Assembly (NCBI GenBank): GCA_963738225.1
Contig: CAVTVR010000007.1
Coordinates: 225,533 to 289,532 of the forward strand
DNA from: an uncultured Verrucomicrobiae bacterium
Lineage (GTDB): Bacteria > Verrucomicrobiota > Verrucomicrobiia > Limisphaerales > UBA11358
DNA: 64,000 bases
Direction of reading: 5' to 3'
Both the position numbers and the translations under genes were made by a program. Under the pieces are notes generated by a model. That model was given only the letters and a program-made list of their open reading frames with translations, was not told the origin of the DNA and made no database searches. Every line of letters starts with the position of its first letter. Within the stretch, counting starts at the first letter, position 1. Of this stretch, positions 1 through 11,748 are shown piece after piece.

Positions 1-775
1 CTGAAGAATTCCATTTTTTCAATTTAGGGCGGATAATTTCACCGTCCGTCCAGACTTCGGTTGTCGGCGATGGGTTGTAGATGGTGTCGGCCAGCCATTG
101 CACGCGGCGATTCCCCCACTGCCAATCTTTCAAAAACGAACGATAGACAAAACAATATCCTTTGTGGGTGGAACCATTTAGGTCAAGATAAACCACCCGA
201 AAGCCCGTCGCGCTCCAATAAGACTGCCACGGCAGCCAATATGCCGCCGGCCGCCACCAGATGTGCAAGGGTTGACAGCCCATCTCACCCAAATCTCGTT
301 TGACCTGTTCCCGTTGAAACATCGCAAGGAGAAACGAGACCAATGTGAAGAAACCAGCGATAAATCCAACAATTTTTATCAAATCGTAAACTGGCAAGAA
401 ATCCGGAAAACCGTCTTTCGGCAGTTGAAAAAAACAGAAGAACGCGGTGCCCAAACTTCCCCAACGCAACAAAGCACGCCCAAATCGCAAGACCCAGACG
501 CGATTTTCACCTGACGGATGCCCGTCTGACAGAAATATGAACGAACCAAAACTCAAATACAGCAGGCCGGTCATGACGGCCATTGGCCCGGCAACCGGTT
601 TCAATTCCAGATGGTTATAGACCGCGCCTTTGACATTCAAAGGCATCTTGCCGTGCAAAAACAGAATGCACTTCAGGCCATACAGCATGAGAAAAAGCTG
701 TAGTCCGTTGGCGATGAATTCCTGTAAGACGGTCCAGACTGTCGGTCGTTCCCGGATTTTTGCAAAGTCAATCAT
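1..775 (-). CDS. Integral membrane protein, C-terminally truncated by the window edge (absent from the ORF track because it runs off the window)
   Basis: Own translation of the minus strand from the ATG at 775..773 ([34 protein letters not shown]...) stays open to position 1 (>250 codons). It has several hydrophobic segments. Its ATG overlaps the stop of the upstream gene (ATGA). Confidence 0.6.
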   Translation of the reverse strand, partial: MIDFAKIRERPTVWTVLQEFIANGLQLFLMLYGLKCILFLHGKMPLNVKGAVYNHLELKPVAGPMAVMTGLLYLSFGSFIFLSDGHPSGENRVWVLRFGRALLRWGSLGTAFFCFFQLPKDGFPDFLPVYDLIKIVGFIAGFFTLVSFLLAMFQREQVKRDLGEMGCQPLHIWWRPAAYWLPWQSYWSATGFRVVYLDLNGSTHKGYCFVYRSFLKDWQWGNRRVQWLADTIYNPSPTTEVWTDGEIIRPKLKKWNSS

Positions 776-1590
776 GGACTGTTTGTCGCCCAAAATTCCT
801 CGTGCGGTTGATCGTCACGATTCCAACGTTTTGCGGCGTCATCGTTGAACTCAATCCACTTCCACCAATGCTGCCATTCCACGTGGTCGTCCAGAAAAAC
901 CATGTTCCCGCCTTGATTGTGAACCGTGCCAATCGTTGTATCACGATCAGTAATGTAATGACTATAAATCAACATAAAACGTCCCCACCCAGACCTATAA
1001 AAACCAGATGAATCAGGATGGTCGGTAGTATAACTACTATCGTCACCGATGGCAATCATGTCAGCAGGCGCAAGAACTTCGCTCGGCTTTCTTCCCGTCT
1101 CAATCGGAAAGTGACCATTGGATAATCCAAGCAGTCCACTTGTGTCAGATCCGAGCCCCATCGTGTTCATGGAATAACAGAAATTTTTGGACGCGACAAT
1201 GTTCGTAGGAAAATTGTATCGTCCATCTGCGGTGTTTCTCGTCCACTGAAAAGAAGAAGGAAATGAAGGGCAGTTAAAAATGTTCGGATTATTGCCGACA
1301 TAAGACAGCAAATAAGCCGGCCACAAGAGCAAAGTTGTTCCGGCTGGGTCAACTCTGATTGTCACTCCCTGCCAGTTGATGATACAGGGATAACGCCCGT
1401 GTTCGTCACTATACACGTTCATTGCCAAACCGATTTGTCGAAGATTGTTTTGGCAATAGGCACGGCGGGCTTTTTCTTTGGCCTGACCAATCGCGGGCAA
1501 AAGCAGGGCCGCTAAAATCGCAATGATGGCAATAACCACCAGCAATTCAATCAAAGTAAAGCCTTGCTTCTGACGTAGTGTCATGGTCAA
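772..1590 (-). CDS. Prepilin-type N-terminal cleavage/methylation domain protein with an H-X9-DG-like C-terminus (DUF1559-type pseudopilin)
   Basis: The N-terminus [27 protein letters not shown] is the classical type IV pilin leader and methylation motif. The C-terminus [17 protein letters not shown] matches the H-X9-D(G/D) signature typical of PVC-group bacteria. Confidence 0.85.
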   Translation of the reverse strand: MTMTLRQKQGFTLIELLVVIAIIAILAALLLPAIGQAKEKARRAYCQNNLRQIGLAMNVYSDEHGRYPCIINWQGVTIRVDPAGTTLLLWPAYLLSYVGNNPNIFNCPSFPSSFQWTRNTADGRYNFPTNIVASKNFCYSMNTMGLGSDTSGLLGLSNGHFPIETGRKPSEVLAPADMIAIGDDSSYTTDHPDSSGFYRSGWGRFMLIYSHYITDRDTTIGTVHNQGGNMVFLDDHVEWQHWWKWIEFNDDAAKRWNRDDQPHEEFWATNSP

Positions 1591-4500
1591 TAACCATCAT
1601 ATTCTCCCAAAGGGTATGGCGTGTAAATAGGATAATCCGTTGGCATCAAAGGGGCAAATTCTTGAACAATTTGTTGAATCTGAACAGACAGAATATCCGC
1701 AGCCGCTGTATCCTGATGTAACCTTACGTCCTGTTCATAATCTAAAAAATCTTGCCACAATACTTCTCTTTTTTCATAAGCAGAAAAGGCGCCTGATACA
1801 AGGCCGGCAGCCCCAAGGCAGCGGCCAATCCAATCCAAATTTGGAAATTTGCGAATATATTGAACATCAACCGCCCGTATTATTGTCATCTTGGCATGGA
1901 TAATATTTTCGCACTGTTCAATCTTCAAGATTATACCCGGTAGATTGCCATCAACGGTTTTTAAATAACTCAAGTATTGAAGCTGGCGGAACTCATATTG
2001 GATCTTTAACATTGAAGTAACACGGACATACTCCAAGGTATCAGAATGTAACAATTCCAGCAAAGGCTCATTCACCTCTTCCCATACACCATGGGCTAAA
2101 TCTGGAAGCTTTAATAGAATATCCCGATATAATGTTCCATCCGCCGGGTCCGGCTCTTGAAAATCGTATCCACCGGGTTGGGCTGTCATCGTAAATGGGG
2201 CATATATATTATACATATTATCAAGCGGACAAACTTCAAAATCCATAGTGGCAACTCCGTTGCCGCCGCCCGTGGTGCTGACAGTCATTGCTCCGCTTTC
2301 TCCAAGAGGTCCAGAGGCAAGGCCAACATCCGCAAAATAAGGACTATTTGGGCCATCCGAACTACCATAGTTTACAGTTAATTGAAGCGAGGCAAATTGT
2401 TGCGATTCGTCGCCTGAACCATTTGGTTCATAAGGCGGTAAGTCGGCCCAATAATCCGGATACGCCGGGTCTGTGCCTATGTCGTATTCTACGATATTCG
2501 GCAGTTTGTCGCCGTCGGCATCCCCCCACGGAGTATCCGCAGAGGAGCCCCACTGTTGCGTGATGTAATTATCCAGCCAGTCCGGGAGGCCATTGGCCGG
2601 GCTGGAATCTGTCTCGCTGACGAGGACAAGCGGGTTGAGGCCATACTGCCACTTTCGCTGATTCGATATTCCGTCGTTTTGCGGCGTCGCATCTCCGTCA
2701 GCCACGCCATCGTTTTGCGAACTCGCCGCGCCAACGATGGTGTGAGTTCCCATGATTTCATAGCCATCTTGAAGGCCATCGTAATCGCGGTCTCCGTAAT
2801 CTAAAGCCGCAAATTTGACTGATCCATCATACGGAACAGCCCCCAGCCATCGTGCTACTACAATTTCTCCGCCATTTCCATCTGAATTCCAATCTTCATA
2901 ACCAAATCGGGCCCACATATCCTGCCATACCGAACCGTGGTCACTTGGATCAACTGACGGGGTCTGCATGTAAATATCATATTGAGACCATGGAGCGGGT
3001 CCTGAAATGTCAAAAAAGATATAAGTAAATCCATCAGATTGAAGGCCACCATAAGCTTCTGTATCTACAGTATCTATAGTAATCTGCTCGCGTGTGCCAG
3101 TTTGTCCTGTAACGGTAGTAAGATACCACTGACCATCCTTAAATGTATGAGTTAAGTCTTGGGAATAAGCATTTTTTGGATCGGTGCCTAGTTGAACTTC
3201 CAGTCCATCTGACAATCCATCGCCGTCGGTATCAGGATTGTTTGGGTCAGTGCCTAATTGCACTTCCGCTCCGTCTGAAAGGCCATCATTATCCGTGTCA
3301 GGATTATTAGGGTCGGTATTATTTTGGTATTCCTGTAAATTACTTAATCCGTCATTATCTGGGTCAGCATTTGGATCTACGCCATTATGTCCAAAGTGCT
3401 GTTGTTCCCACCAATCTGGCAGTCCATTCCCGTCCGTATCAATCGGATTGCCGGAGGCATCTGTAGCGATATAATGATAGCCGATGTCCAGTTGGGAATT
3501 CGCTTCTTTGACTTCCAAACCGTTCATCAGGTTGGTGGTTTCTGTATAATAGTAGAGACCCACCTGATCGGCTGTTGTCGTTTGATCGGCATTGATCAAC
3601 TGGCTATTTGCTGCTTGATAATATGAACCTAATGGCCCGGTTTGATAAACCGGCGAACTCGGCAAGACGATGTCCGAGCCAAAAGTTGGCAACAGGCGGT
3701 TGTTGCCCGTTATAAACGCATTGTATCCGCCGATGTAGTTGATGGAATTATTTGGAATCGTCGTCTGATCGAACAGATTGTCCATGACCAAAGCGGTGGA
3801 CACACTCGGCGCAAAATTGAACGTGCCGCCAAAGAAGAGATTGTTGCGGATATACGGCGAGTTGCCATCCGAAGTTGTTAGACTGGCATTGACCCGCTCC
3901 AGCAGACAGTTGGTCAGGTTGATAGTCGGCCGTGAACTGCTCAATAGTCCGCCATGAAATTCACTGTCTTGAAAGGCAATCTGGGCACTGTTGCCTGGGG
4001 CGTTGAACTGGGCCGCGTCCTGAGCCAGCACCGACCACGAGGTGAAGCGAGTGAAGATGCTGTGGGCCGACGTGTTGGCATCCACTGGCCCCACCACTGA
4101 ATTGGCCAACCGTTGCCAGTTCAAATTCGTCCCCTCCTGGACGGTGTTGAAGAGCACAATCCAGTTGGGGAAGTTTGGAGTGCCGATGGAACTGAAGCTG
4201 GAGCCACCACCAAAGCCCAGCCCGTAGGTGCTGTTGTTGGTGCTAAAGGTGGCGATGACCGCGCCGCCGCTGGCCGTGACACTGGCATTGGCCACAGTGA
4301 CATTGCCGAAGGCGTAGTCTATTGGATCATAATGAAAGCCGAGGTCCGGCACATCTGTGTCGCGGTTAACCTGCCGAGGGAGTGCCGTATTTGCCGACAG
4401 TGTTGTGTTAAATGTGACCGTGGGCGGATACGTCGTCCGTTTCGCCAGATCGGCCAGCAGAGCGGCTGGGATTCCGTTTACGGTGCCCGCATCTCGAAGG

Positions 4501-6413
4501 TTCGAGGTAGAGGTTAGATAGTAGTTGCCCGCGCCGACTGTCTGGAATGGAGAATTCGGAAGATTGCCAACTGTAACCTGCGAACTGCCAAAGTTGAACC
4601 CATCGCTATAAAAGGCGTTTTTGGTGCCGCTGGCCGTCACGCCTCCACTGCTGGAAACACTGGCATAGATGGAGTTGGTGGACTGGATGTAAAGATTCAC
4701 GCCGCAGGAGGAAGTGCCAAGCGTAGAAGCGTGATCCACCGTGGCATTCACAAGCGACGCATAGAGAGCCACCGTGCCGCCCAGGCTCGTGCCGAGAATG
4801 GGCTGGGTCACCCGGCTGAACAGACAGTTGTTGACGTTGAAATTATTATTTGGCGAACAGCCGCAGCCGCAGCCGCCCCCTTGTATTTCAATGCCTTTAA
4901 TACAGTTGACAAACTGCGCGTGCGACACCGACCAGGTGAAGCCGCTAAACCCATACACTTTGATCGCCTCTTGTGCATAACGAATCCTCAACCCGGTGAA
5001 TTTCATGGCGCTGGGAGCGTAGAGGGCGGGGTTGGCGTAGCCGGAGGAACTAATGTGGCCCGTGTAGCCGGAGTTATCGACGTGATACATGGTATCACCC
5101 ACCGAGTCATCATCCACCGCCGTGAAGATGGCCGGGCGATATTGGCCCGTTTTGCAGGTCAACGTGCTGTTGAGCGTGATGGAGGTCCCGGTTTTGTATT
5201 TGAAAACCGCTCCGCCTTCAATCGTCGTCGGCCCGTTGCAGAAAACCGCCTGGGAGACCAGATACGTGTAGTCGCCCTGGAATATTTTTGCACTGTTCAT
5301 CGGAGTGTCGACGTTCGCCACGTAATCCACGACCACCCCATGCACCGGGGCATGGCTGGCCCGCGCCATCAGCGGGCCGGCGTAGGGCTTGTTCCCTGGA
5401 CGCGGGATGTTCGCGTAACCTTTGGTGGACTTGATTTTCGTGCTGCCAAACGAGGGATGGCAGGGCGGCAAGTTCGACAAGGCCGCTGCAATCGTCGTGT
5501 AAGGCACTGACTCAAACAGGTAGGTGCCGTCACCGACCTTCTTGTATTCCTTGGCAACCGGAGTTTCCAGGCCGTTTGGGTTGACCACGCTCGGAGCCAC
5601 ATACGCCCTGCCAGTAGTCATCACGAACCGGCCAAAGCCAAGCTGATGGTCAATCAAATCGGGACTCGCCATCTTGGCCCGCACCTTCGCATTGGCTTCC
5701 ACATATAGCGGTCGCGTCAATTCGTCCGGAGTAGGCGCGCCGTAGAACTCGGTGATGATCTGGATTCGCGTGGTGTCACGCGGAAAACCGTAGTCTGCCG
5801 GATCCAAGGGACCGGTGAACACCACGTCCTGATGGAATGTTCCCTGTGATATGGTATAGACCACGCTGGCACAGACGTTTCCACTGAAGGCGTCGGGATA
5901 CAGCACCTGGTTGCTTTCTACAAGCGTAGCCTGACAGTTGGTAACAGTTGCGATGACAGCGAAATTGCCGCTGGCCGCATCATAGAGTGCCACGGCCACC
6001 GGACTGGAACCCAGTATGATTCCTTCCGGTGTCCGCACCGTCACCGCATTGGTCGTATACAAATCACCCGCCAGTTGCACCGGATCTTGGAGTTGGCTGG
6101 CTACGAAGCCATTGGCCACAGGAACAAAGGTTGGATTGCTGGGAACCCATTGCAGGCCGTTCCAATAATTCATGCCGGTGCCGATTTCGACGATCCGACG
6201 CGGCCCGGTTTTGGCGGTTCTCACCGTGGTCCGATGGTTCGGGCCAATCGGTTGGTCCGGCTGGTCCCATGCGTCGTAGCTGGCTTGCGCGGCTGCAATT
6301 TGCGCCTCTGGATTGAGAGTGGTGCTAACGGTGCTTTGCGTTTGCGCCGACAACGTTTGAATGCCGACCAAACCGGCAACAACAAGCAACGAATACAATG
6401 GAAGTTTTTTCAT
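1587..6413 (-). CDS. Giant secreted protein (1608 aa) with thrombospondin-type-3-like calcium-binding repeats and probable beta-helix regions
   Basis: Signal peptide [24 protein letters not shown]. Repeated D-x-D-x-D-G-x-x-D motifs ([48 protein letters not shown]). Uninterrupted 4.8-kb ORF with a 4-nt overlap onto the downstream gene. Confidence 0.8.
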   Translation of the reverse strand: MKKLPLYSLLVVAGLVGIQTLSAQTQSTVSTTLNPEAQIAAAQASYDAWDQPDQPIGPNHRTTVRTAKTGPRRIVEIGTGMNYWNGLQWVPSNPTFVPVANGFVASQLQDPVQLAGDLYTTNAVTVRTPEGIILGSSPVAVALYDAASGNFAVIATVTNCQATLVESNQVLYPDAFSGNVCASVVYTISQGTFHQDVVFTGPLDPADYGFPRDTTRIQIITEFYGAPTPDELTRPLYVEANAKVRAKMASPDLIDHQLGFGRFVMTTGRAYVAPSVVNPNGLETPVAKEYKKVGDGTYLFESVPYTTIAAALSNLPPCHPSFGSTKIKSTKGYANIPRPGNKPYAGPLMARASHAPVHGVVVDYVANVDTPMNSAKIFQGDYTYLVSQAVFCNGPTTIEGGAVFKYKTGTSITLNSTLTCKTGQYRPAIFTAVDDDSVGDTMYHVDNSGYTGHISSSGYANPALYAPSAMKFTGLRIRYAQEAIKVYGFSGFTWSVSHAQFVNCIKGIEIQGGGCGCGCSPNNNFNVNNCLFSRVTQPILGTSLGGTVALYASLVNATVDHASTLGTSSCGVNLYIQSTNSIYASVSSSGGVTASGTKNAFYSDGFNFGSSQVTVGNLPNSPFQTVGAGNYYLTSTSNLRDAGTVNGIPAALLADLAKRTTYPPTVTFNTTLSANTALPRQVNRDTDVPDLGFHYDPIDYAFGNVTVANASVTASGGAVIATFSTNNSTYGLGFGGGSSFSSIGTPNFPNWIVLFNTVQEGTNLNWQRLANSVVGPVDANTSAHSIFTRFTSWSVLAQDAAQFNAPGNSAQIAFQDSEFHGGLLSSSRPTINLTNCLLERVNASLTTSDGNSPYIRNNLFFGGTFNFAPSVSTALVMDNLFDQTTIPNNSINYIGGYNAFITGNNRLLPTFGSDIVLPSSPVYQTGPLGSYYQAANSQLINADQTTTADQVGLYYYTETTNLMNGLEVKEANSQLDIGYHYIATDASGNPIDTDGNGLPDWWEQQHFGHNGVDPNADPDNDGLSNLQEYQNNTDPNNPDTDNDGLSDGAEVQLGTDPNNPDTDGDGLSDGLEVQLGTDPKNAYSQDLTHTFKDGQWYLTTVTGQTGTREQITIDTVDTEAYGGLQSDGFTYIFFDISGPAPWSQYDIYMQTPSVDPSDHGSVWQDMWARFGYEDWNSDGNGGEIVVARWLGAVPYDGSVKFAALDYGDRDYDGLQDGYEIMGTHTIVGAASSQNDGVADGDATPQNDGISNQRKWQYGLNPLVLVSETDSSPANGLPDWLDNYITQQWGSSADTPWGDADGDKLPNIVEYDIGTDPAYPDYWADLPPYEPNGSGDESQQFASLQLTVNYGSSDGPNSPYFADVGLASGPLGESGAMTVSTTGGGNGVATMDFEVCPLDNMYNIYAPFTMTAQPGGYDFQEPDPADGTLYRDILLKLPDLAHGVWEEVNEPLLELLHSDTLEYVRVTSMLKIQYEFRQLQYLSYLKTVDGNLPGIILKIEQCENIIHAKMTIIRAVDVQYIRKFPNLDWIGRCLGAAGLVSGAFSAYEKREVLWQDFLDYEQDVRLHQDTAAADILSVQIQQIVQEFAPLMPTDYPIYTPYPLGEYDGY

Positions 6414-6828
6414 ACAACATTCTCCTTGGGGTAAACCGACGATGTGACGAAGTTAAACGAACCGAAAAGCGGGCCAATCACGGAGGAGTCATTGGGGTAT
6501 AGTCTTGCTTTAGCCCTGGATTTCCAACCCAGGCTTTTGCCAATCTGCACCTTGCTTCTGTTTTTTCCAGCCATAACCCAAGCTCCTAACCAATTATTCG
6601 CACCCGATCACAACGCCTCGCCCAGGCAGTTAAGCAATCCGAGTTGAAATTGATGCGTTGATTTATCCATAAGGTCACCGGCAATGTCAAGAAAGATTTT
6701 GATATTTTTTGTGGTCTTCTTCATCAACCCTATCTTGCCCTCTATTTAGCAAGAGAAGGTTGGTTTAAAGGAACAGAGTCGTTTTTACGAACGATGATAC
6801 AACGAGGCTTGATGTCGGCGAAGATAGA

Positions 6829-8073
6829 TCAACGTGCCGCCTGCTTGATAACCGATTTGAGCGCATACAACTGGTGTTCATTGTCCTGATACACCATCCG
6901 ATACTCCGCTTGCAGCAGGTCTTGATAAGGCAGTTCATACGTTTGATTGGGGATGAGGATCAGCCCCGGCTTCACCGCCGACAGTTCGGCGGCGATCTTG
7001 GCATTCGTCATGTCCCCCGACCAGAGCCGTTTCAGGGATAATTCCGCCAGATGCGGCGGCGGCGGGATGCCGGCATGGAACGTATAGACTTCCTCGCTGG
7101 TGAACAGATATTGCGTGAACGGTTTATATCGCTTGATCTCGGTCAGCAGGGGCGAATTGAACACCCGGGGCGACTGGCGCATGGATTCGACTTCCAAATA
7201 GCTCCGCATCCCCATCCATGCGCCGGCTCCTAAAAGATATACTGCGACCAGCGCGATTCGGACCGGTCGGGAACTTGCCCAGGTCAGGGCCGCATCCAGC
7301 GCAATTGCGGCGCACCAGCCGAGCGGCACGACGTTGTGCAGATAATAACAGGCCCACCACGGACGATGGGCCGAGATGACCGCCAGTGAGAGGACGAGCC
7401 ACCCCACTGGAAACAGGAGCAAGCTCCGCGACCGGATCCGGGCCAAGAGCACGCCGGCGCAGACGAACGCCGGCACCGCCACATCCCAATTCCGCGCCAG
7501 CAACAGCGGATCAAACTTGTGCTCGGACGGGGTGCCGTATTCAAAGGATGTGGCATGGGCAAAGTGGGACTCCCACTGCAACCGCAACTGCAGGGCCAGC
7601 GACAAGCCGGTCAATTCATTCAGGAGGACATACCCCAGTCCTGCCACACTCCCGATGGTGAGCGCGGACACGATCAGTTGTTTGAAGTTCAGCCGGTGTT
7701 GCAACCACAAGAGGAGCACGGTCAACGGCAGGTAGGGCAGCGCAATCAGCTTCATTTGCAGGGCGAAGCCGAACACAAGGCCCGCCCCGATTTCAAACCA
7801 GCGCCGCCGCCTGTCATCGGCACAGCTCAACACGGCCAGTGACGCCACGACAAAGGAAAGGGTGGGCACTTCGACCATGCACGACGAGGCCAGTTCGAGA
7901 AAGCCGGGGGCGGCGATCACCAGCAGGACGGCCAAAACCGCCGTCCGCAGGTTGCTGATGTTCAGGCACAGGCGGAACAGCGAGCCCAAAAGCAGCAGGG
8001 CCAGACTCACCGAGAGCAACCGCATCCAGAGGACGGACATTCCCATGATCCGGACAATCTCGGCCAGTTGCAC
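6829..8073 (-). CDS. Polytopic membrane protein, possibly a GT-C (ArnT/PMT-like) glycosyltransferase; start uncertain (GTG 8073 or ATG near 8046)
   Basis: About 9 hydrophobic helices followed by a soluble C-terminal domain of about 120 aa. The loop pattern (ADDRRRRWFEIGAGLVFGFALQMK) resembles GT39/GT83 proteins. No diagnostic motif was verified. Confidence 0.4.
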   Translation of the reverse strand: MQLAEIVRIMGMSVLWMRLLSVSLALLLLGSLFRLCLNISNLRTAVLAVLLVIAAPGFLELASSCMVEVPTLSFVVASLAVLSCADDRRRRWFEIGAGLVFGFALQMKLIALPYLPLTVLLLWLQHRLNFKQLIVSALTIGSVAGLGYVLLNELTGLSLALQLRLQWESHFAHATSFEYGTPSEHKFDPLLLARNWDVAVPAFVCAGVLLARIRSRSLLLFPVGWLVLSLAVISAHRPWWACYYLHNVVPLGWCAAIALDAALTWASSRPVRIALVAVYLLGAGAWMGMRSYLEVESMRQSPRVFNSPLLTEIKRYKPFTQYLFTSEEVYTFHAGIPPPPHLAELSLKRLWSGDMTNAKIAAELSAVKPGLILIPNQTYELPYQDLLQAEYRMVYQDNEHQLYALKSVIKQAAR

Positions 8074-8267
8074 GGTTCGATGGTCTTTACGTCCACGCCC
8101 TTTTGCACCGGCACGGCCACGTCAATGACCCGCTTGCCGACCAGAATGGAGAATTGCTCCACGGCGAATCCGCTCGCGAAGGACCTCAATTCATACCCTT
8201 GATACGTTCCCACCAGCAGCGACCGCGACGGTTCGGCGGCCAGTTGTCCAATGATGCTCAGTTTCAT
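8007..8267 (-). CDS. Small hypothetical protein (MKLSIIGQLAAEPSRSLLVGTYQGYELRSF...)
   Basis: ORF only. It overlaps the 5' end of the downstream membrane-protein ORF in another frame. Confidence 0.25.
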   Translation of the reverse strand: MKLSIIGQLAAEPSRSLLVGTYQGYELRSFASGFAVEQFSILVGKRVIDVAVPVQKGVDVKTIEPCNWPRLSGSWECPSSGCGCSR

Positions 8268-8341
8268 GTTTTTGTTTTCAGTTTTGTTGATGCCGGGTTT
8301 GGATTGGTGGAACCGCACCGGCGGGCGGTTCCATCGCGTCG

Positions 8342-8686
8342 TCAGACACGACGAGATTCAGAACCGCGCCAGCCTCGGCGCGGGAGCGGTGAGCCGGTAG
8401 CGGCGGGCTGGCACTCGCTCAAAATTTTTGTGATCGGAAAATGCGCCGGCCCCGAAAATTGCCGGCTGGACCGGAGATAGTTCGCCTGGAGGTGGGCCTC
8501 GACTTCGCTCCAGCGGAAGGACACCCGGTGTCCCAGCTTGTAGTAGGGCAAAATTCCCCGGCGCATCCAGTTGCCCACCGTCTTGAGGCTCCGGTTAAGC
8601 CGGCGAGCGACTTCCGTTTTGCCGATGAAATGTTCAGCCGACCCTCTACCGTTCCTGATTTGTGATTCCAGATTTTCCGTTTTCAT
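8342..8686 (-). CDS. Excisionase/MerR-type helix-turn-helix DNA-binding protein
   Basis: IGKTEVARRLNRSLKTVGNWMRRGILPYYKLGHRVSFRWSEVEAHL is the typical excisionase-family HTH pattern. It lies in an integrase module. Confidence 0.7.
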   Translation of the reverse strand: MKTENLESQIRNGRGSAEHFIGKTEVARRLNRSLKTVGNWMRRGILPYYKLGHRVSFRWSEVEAHLQANYLRSSRQFSGPAHFPITKILSECQPAATGSPLPRRGWRGSESRRV

Positions 8687-8807
8687 GTTTTATGGCGTTG
8701 CCACCTGTAAACGGAGCGGCGGTCATTTTGCGCCGCCCCGGAAATGAAAAAACGCCTGTTAATACAGGCGTTGGTTGCAGAAATGACCGGTCATTTTTCG
8801 GTCATTT

Positions 8808-9236
8808 TCAGTCCTCACTTGCAAGTCCCCGGCGGTGGATGTTCCGCGCGCCGCTGGCGTTCAAATCATCGTCCATCTGTTGCAGATGCCCCGACATGGC
8901 GCGGAAATCTTCCGCCTTGGTGTGGGTCACTTCCTCGATAAACCGCAGCCGGCTCATCACGGTCCCTTTGGCGCAGCGACACTTCCGCGCCACCTGTTCC
9001 GCCGAAAATCCGTCCACGCAATAAAGCCGGAACACTGTGAGCGGCGGCGGCGGCTTGTGGATTCCCTGGGCCTCCAATTTCACCAGCAGGGCAAAAGCGG
9101 ACCGGGCCACGTCCTCGGTGACCGGCGCGGGAAGTTCCACCGGGGCCGCCGCCAGAATCTTTTCCACGGCGGCATATTGCTCCGGCGTCGCGTTCGCCAA
9201 ACGCAACAGCAAGTCCGTTGGAATCGCCATTCTCAT
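8808..9236 (-). CDS. HTH protein with a sigma-70 region-4-like motif (start taken at the internal MRMAIPTD)
   Basis: FRLYCVDGFSAEQVARKCRCAKGTVMSRLRFIEE resembles a sigma region 4 / LuxR-type HTH. It sits between the excisionase and the integrase. Confidence 0.45.
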   Translation of the reverse strand: MRMAIPTDLLLRLANATPEQYAAVEKILAAAPVELPAPVTEDVARSAFALLVKLEAQGIHKPPPPLTVFRLYCVDGFSAEQVARKCRCAKGTVMSRLRFIEEVTHTKAEDFRAMSGHLQQMDDDLNASGARNIHRRGLASED

Positions 9237-9697
9237 CCGTTTTTCCGGGCGGTCCGCAGTTGCTAAATTGTTCCATCTGGTTCGTCCCGAATCTTTTGTT
9301 GTATCACACCGCCGGAATCCCGGACAGGAACGGACACGCACCCGCTGTAATCTTTAGCCGTGATCGTTTCGGAATTTATTGTTGGAAAAAAGGTTGACTC
9401 GAAATGAGTCTGAAAAGATGCGGCCATGATGAGTTGTTCACACCACAAGACCAAGAAAATGCCCTTTGTTATTGTCGAAAACCAACCGCCCGTTTGCCCG
9501 GTGCCGGACTTGTTCACAATTCGCAAAAACTCATAAACCCCTTGCAATTGTTACGGATTGATGACAAATTCAAAAATTCAGATTTTCGGTCCCGCGTCCG
9601 CCAAATTCACCTTTGACAATCGCCGTAAAGCATTCGCCAATTTTTGACCATCGCCCCGGCCCAAACCCTTGTTTTGTGCGGCCCCGCTTGCCGCCGG

Positions 9698-11038
9698 TCA
9701 GCTTTCCGGCCCAATCGCAAACCATTCCTTTGCCGCCGCTGGCCGCACCAGTTCACGGTAGTGCTTGAAGATCATTTGCGGACTGTTGCCCGCTTCCAAC
9801 GACACTTGCGCCACATTCTGAATGTCCGCCACCCGGTAGCTGATGAAGGAATGCCGCAGCGCGTTGTGTTTCCAGACGAACGCCGGCCAGCCCTCGATTT
9901 GAGCCTTTTCCGCTCCCGGCGGCATTTTGACTTTGGCCGAATTTTCTTTGGCCTGTTGCTCCGTTGCTTTCAACTGTCTCTCACTCATTCGCCTGGCTTT
10001 CGCCCAAACTGCCCGCCGGGCTTCGTTGATGGTTTGCACCAACGACGGAATCTCATGCTTTGTGTCCAGTCCATCACACACCAACCCGGTTTCTTGACGA
10101 TGGCGCACCAGCCACGACCGCAGGTTGTCCAATATCGGCACCGTCCGCCGGCTCGCCGTCTTCGCCTTCGCCGCCCCTATTTCAATGATGCCCCCATCAA
10201 AATGAATGTCCGTCCATTCCAGCCGTTGAATCTCCGCATGCCGGATGCCCGCAAACGCCCCCAGCGCCAGAAACGGAATCAGCCGCTTGTCCGCGTGCGC
10301 CAGTATTTCCGCCATTTCCTTCGGCGTGAAAATTTCAATCTCGCTCACGGCATTTTTGGCCAGCATCACCGAATCAATCTCATCGTGATCTTTCGGCAAA
10401 TAGCGTTGCGCTTTGGCAAACGCAAACAGCGTTTGCACCGAGGCGCGCAAATTGTTCCGCGTGCGGGGCGACACGCCCAGGCCACGCAGCCACTTGTCTA
10501 TGTCCGGCCCCATCACCGTGCCGATGTTGCCGTGAAAAGCGGCGGCAAACTTTTTCAGGTCATACCGCAAATGCCGGAGATATTCCCCACTCAATCCGTC
10601 GCTTTCCTTGAACTTGAGCATTTCTTCCGCAACCGCCATGACCGGACGCGGGGGAATGCGCGCCGGATGCCGCTTCAGGTAATACTCCGCCGCTTGCAAC
10701 AGCGGCACTTCGCCCAGCACTTGTTTCGCCTGGATCAACTCCGCCGCCGCATTTTCAACCGGGATGCCGAAGGGATCGAGCAATTGGCGGGCGCGGAGAT
10801 AGGCCGAGCGGTCGGCGCTGGTGAGGGTCAGCACATCGGCATCGGAATTGCCAAGGCGATTGGCGATGACGTTGGCTTCATCCCGGGCGGCTTGAAGCCG
10901 GGTAAAAGTGGGACGTTTGCGGACGCCATCCTGATAGTAGGAAAGCGTGTAAGCATCGCAGCCCCGCGTCGGGGTGCGATAGATTTTGACCGTAACCGAA
11001 CCCTGCCTGACCACGATGGGAAATTTGGTTGCTGCCAT
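9698..11038 (-). CDS. Tyrosine recombinase / phage-type integrase
   Basis: C-terminal catalytic-domain motifs: LGAFAGIRHAEIQRL (Arg I region), HNALRHSFISYRVA (H-x-x-R), and NSPQMIFKHYRELV (catalytic Tyr region). It lies 62 nt from the 3' end of a tRNA. Confidence 0.9.
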   Translation of the reverse strand: MAATKFPIVVRQGSVTVKIYRTPTRGCDAYTLSYYQDGVRKRPTFTRLQAARDEANVIANRLGNSDADVLTLTSADRSAYLRARQLLDPFGIPVENAAAELIQAKQVLGEVPLLQAAEYYLKRHPARIPPRPVMAVAEEMLKFKESDGLSGEYLRHLRYDLKKFAAAFHGNIGTVMGPDIDKWLRGLGVSPRTRNNLRASVQTLFAFAKAQRYLPKDHDEIDSVMLAKNAVSEIEIFTPKEMAEILAHADKRLIPFLALGAFAGIRHAEIQRLEWTDIHFDGGIIEIGAAKAKTASRRTVPILDNLRSWLVRHRQETGLVCDGLDTKHEIPSLVQTINEARRAVWAKARRMSERQLKATEQQAKENSAKVKMPPGAEKAQIEGWPAFVWKHNALRHSFISYRVADIQNVAQVSLEAGNSPQMIFKHYRELVRPAAAKEWFAIGPES

Positions 11039-11100
11039 GCCCTATACTGTCAGGATTCCGTCAGGAGTTCAAGCGAAATTCACAAAATGCCAATAAAAAG

Positions 11101-11175
11101 TGGTGCGCGGTGGAGGTTTCGAACCTCCGACCCCTACCGTGTCAAGGTAATGCTCTACCACTGAGCTAACCGCGC
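11101..11175 (-). tRNA. tRNA-Val(GAC): tRNA-Val, anticodon GAC
   Basis: The reverse complement folds by hand into a cloverleaf: GCGCGGT TA GCTC AGTGGTA GAGC A TTACC TTGACAC GGTAG GGGTC GGAGG TTCGAAA CCTCC ACCGCGC A CCA. It has a 7-bp acceptor stem, a GTTCGAAA T-loop and an encoded CCA. Confidence 0.9.
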
Positions 11176-11384
11176 AATCCGCATCAACGCCCATTAACCG
11201 CTTGGATTTGAACGTCAAACATGAAGTCTCCCAAAAAAAATCTCGTCGCGCAATCTGATTTTTGCCCGTTTCATGCTGATCCCAGCGGACTGTCAGTCGG
11301 CAAATAAATTTTGCCGGAATAAATTTGCGATGGACAAGTTCGCTTTTCAGGGAGCACAATGCCTGTATCGTCAGACCCAAAAGT

Positions 11385-11600
11385 ATGAAAATCATCACTC
11401 ACAAACAGATGAAGTCGGCGATAGCGCACCTCGCCGAATTGCTGAAGAGAGACGGGGCATCTCAAACCCTCACCGTGCAAGAATTGCTCGATGCCGCCCA
11501 GTTTCATCCTGCCCAATTCCAATCTTCCCTGCCCGCCTTGGAGATTCTGGGGCTGCTCGGTTTTGGGGATGAAATGGTGCGGCCGGAAGCATTGGGCTAG
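11385..11600 (+). CDS. Small hypothetical protein (71 aa, MKIITHKQMKSAIAHLAELLKRDG...)
   Basis: ORF with a plausible internal ATG. No recognisable motif. Confidence 0.35.
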   Translation: MKIITHKQMKSAIAHLAELLKRDGASQTLTVQELLDAAQFHPAQFQSSLPALEILGLLGFGDEMVRPEALG

Positions 11601-11748
11601 CGGCTGGTTGGTCGGCGGCTGCGAGCGTCGCGGACGCGTTCACGCCTTTGCTTTTCAAAAGACAAAGGCTTGCGCGAAATTATGCAATTGATGTTGGCGG
11701 CTTCGGGGCTGTTTCTGCTAGAATTTTAACCTCTCACACAACAAAAGT

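Larger units (their letters stand above)
8342..11100 (-). mobile_element. tRNA-Val-associated integrative element, integrase-proximal end (distal boundary not identified)
   Basis: The integrase, HTH and excisionase genes lie directly downstream of the tRNA 3' end. I could not find a direct-repeat copy of the tRNA 3' end at lower coordinates. Confidence 0.45.

Noticed and set aside
8280-8340. Hairpin GGAACCGC-ACCGGCG-GCGGTTCC, considered as a terminator or as the distal att repeat of the tRNA-Val element
   Set aside because: No T-run follows on either strand, and it has no sequence similarity to the tRNA 3' end.
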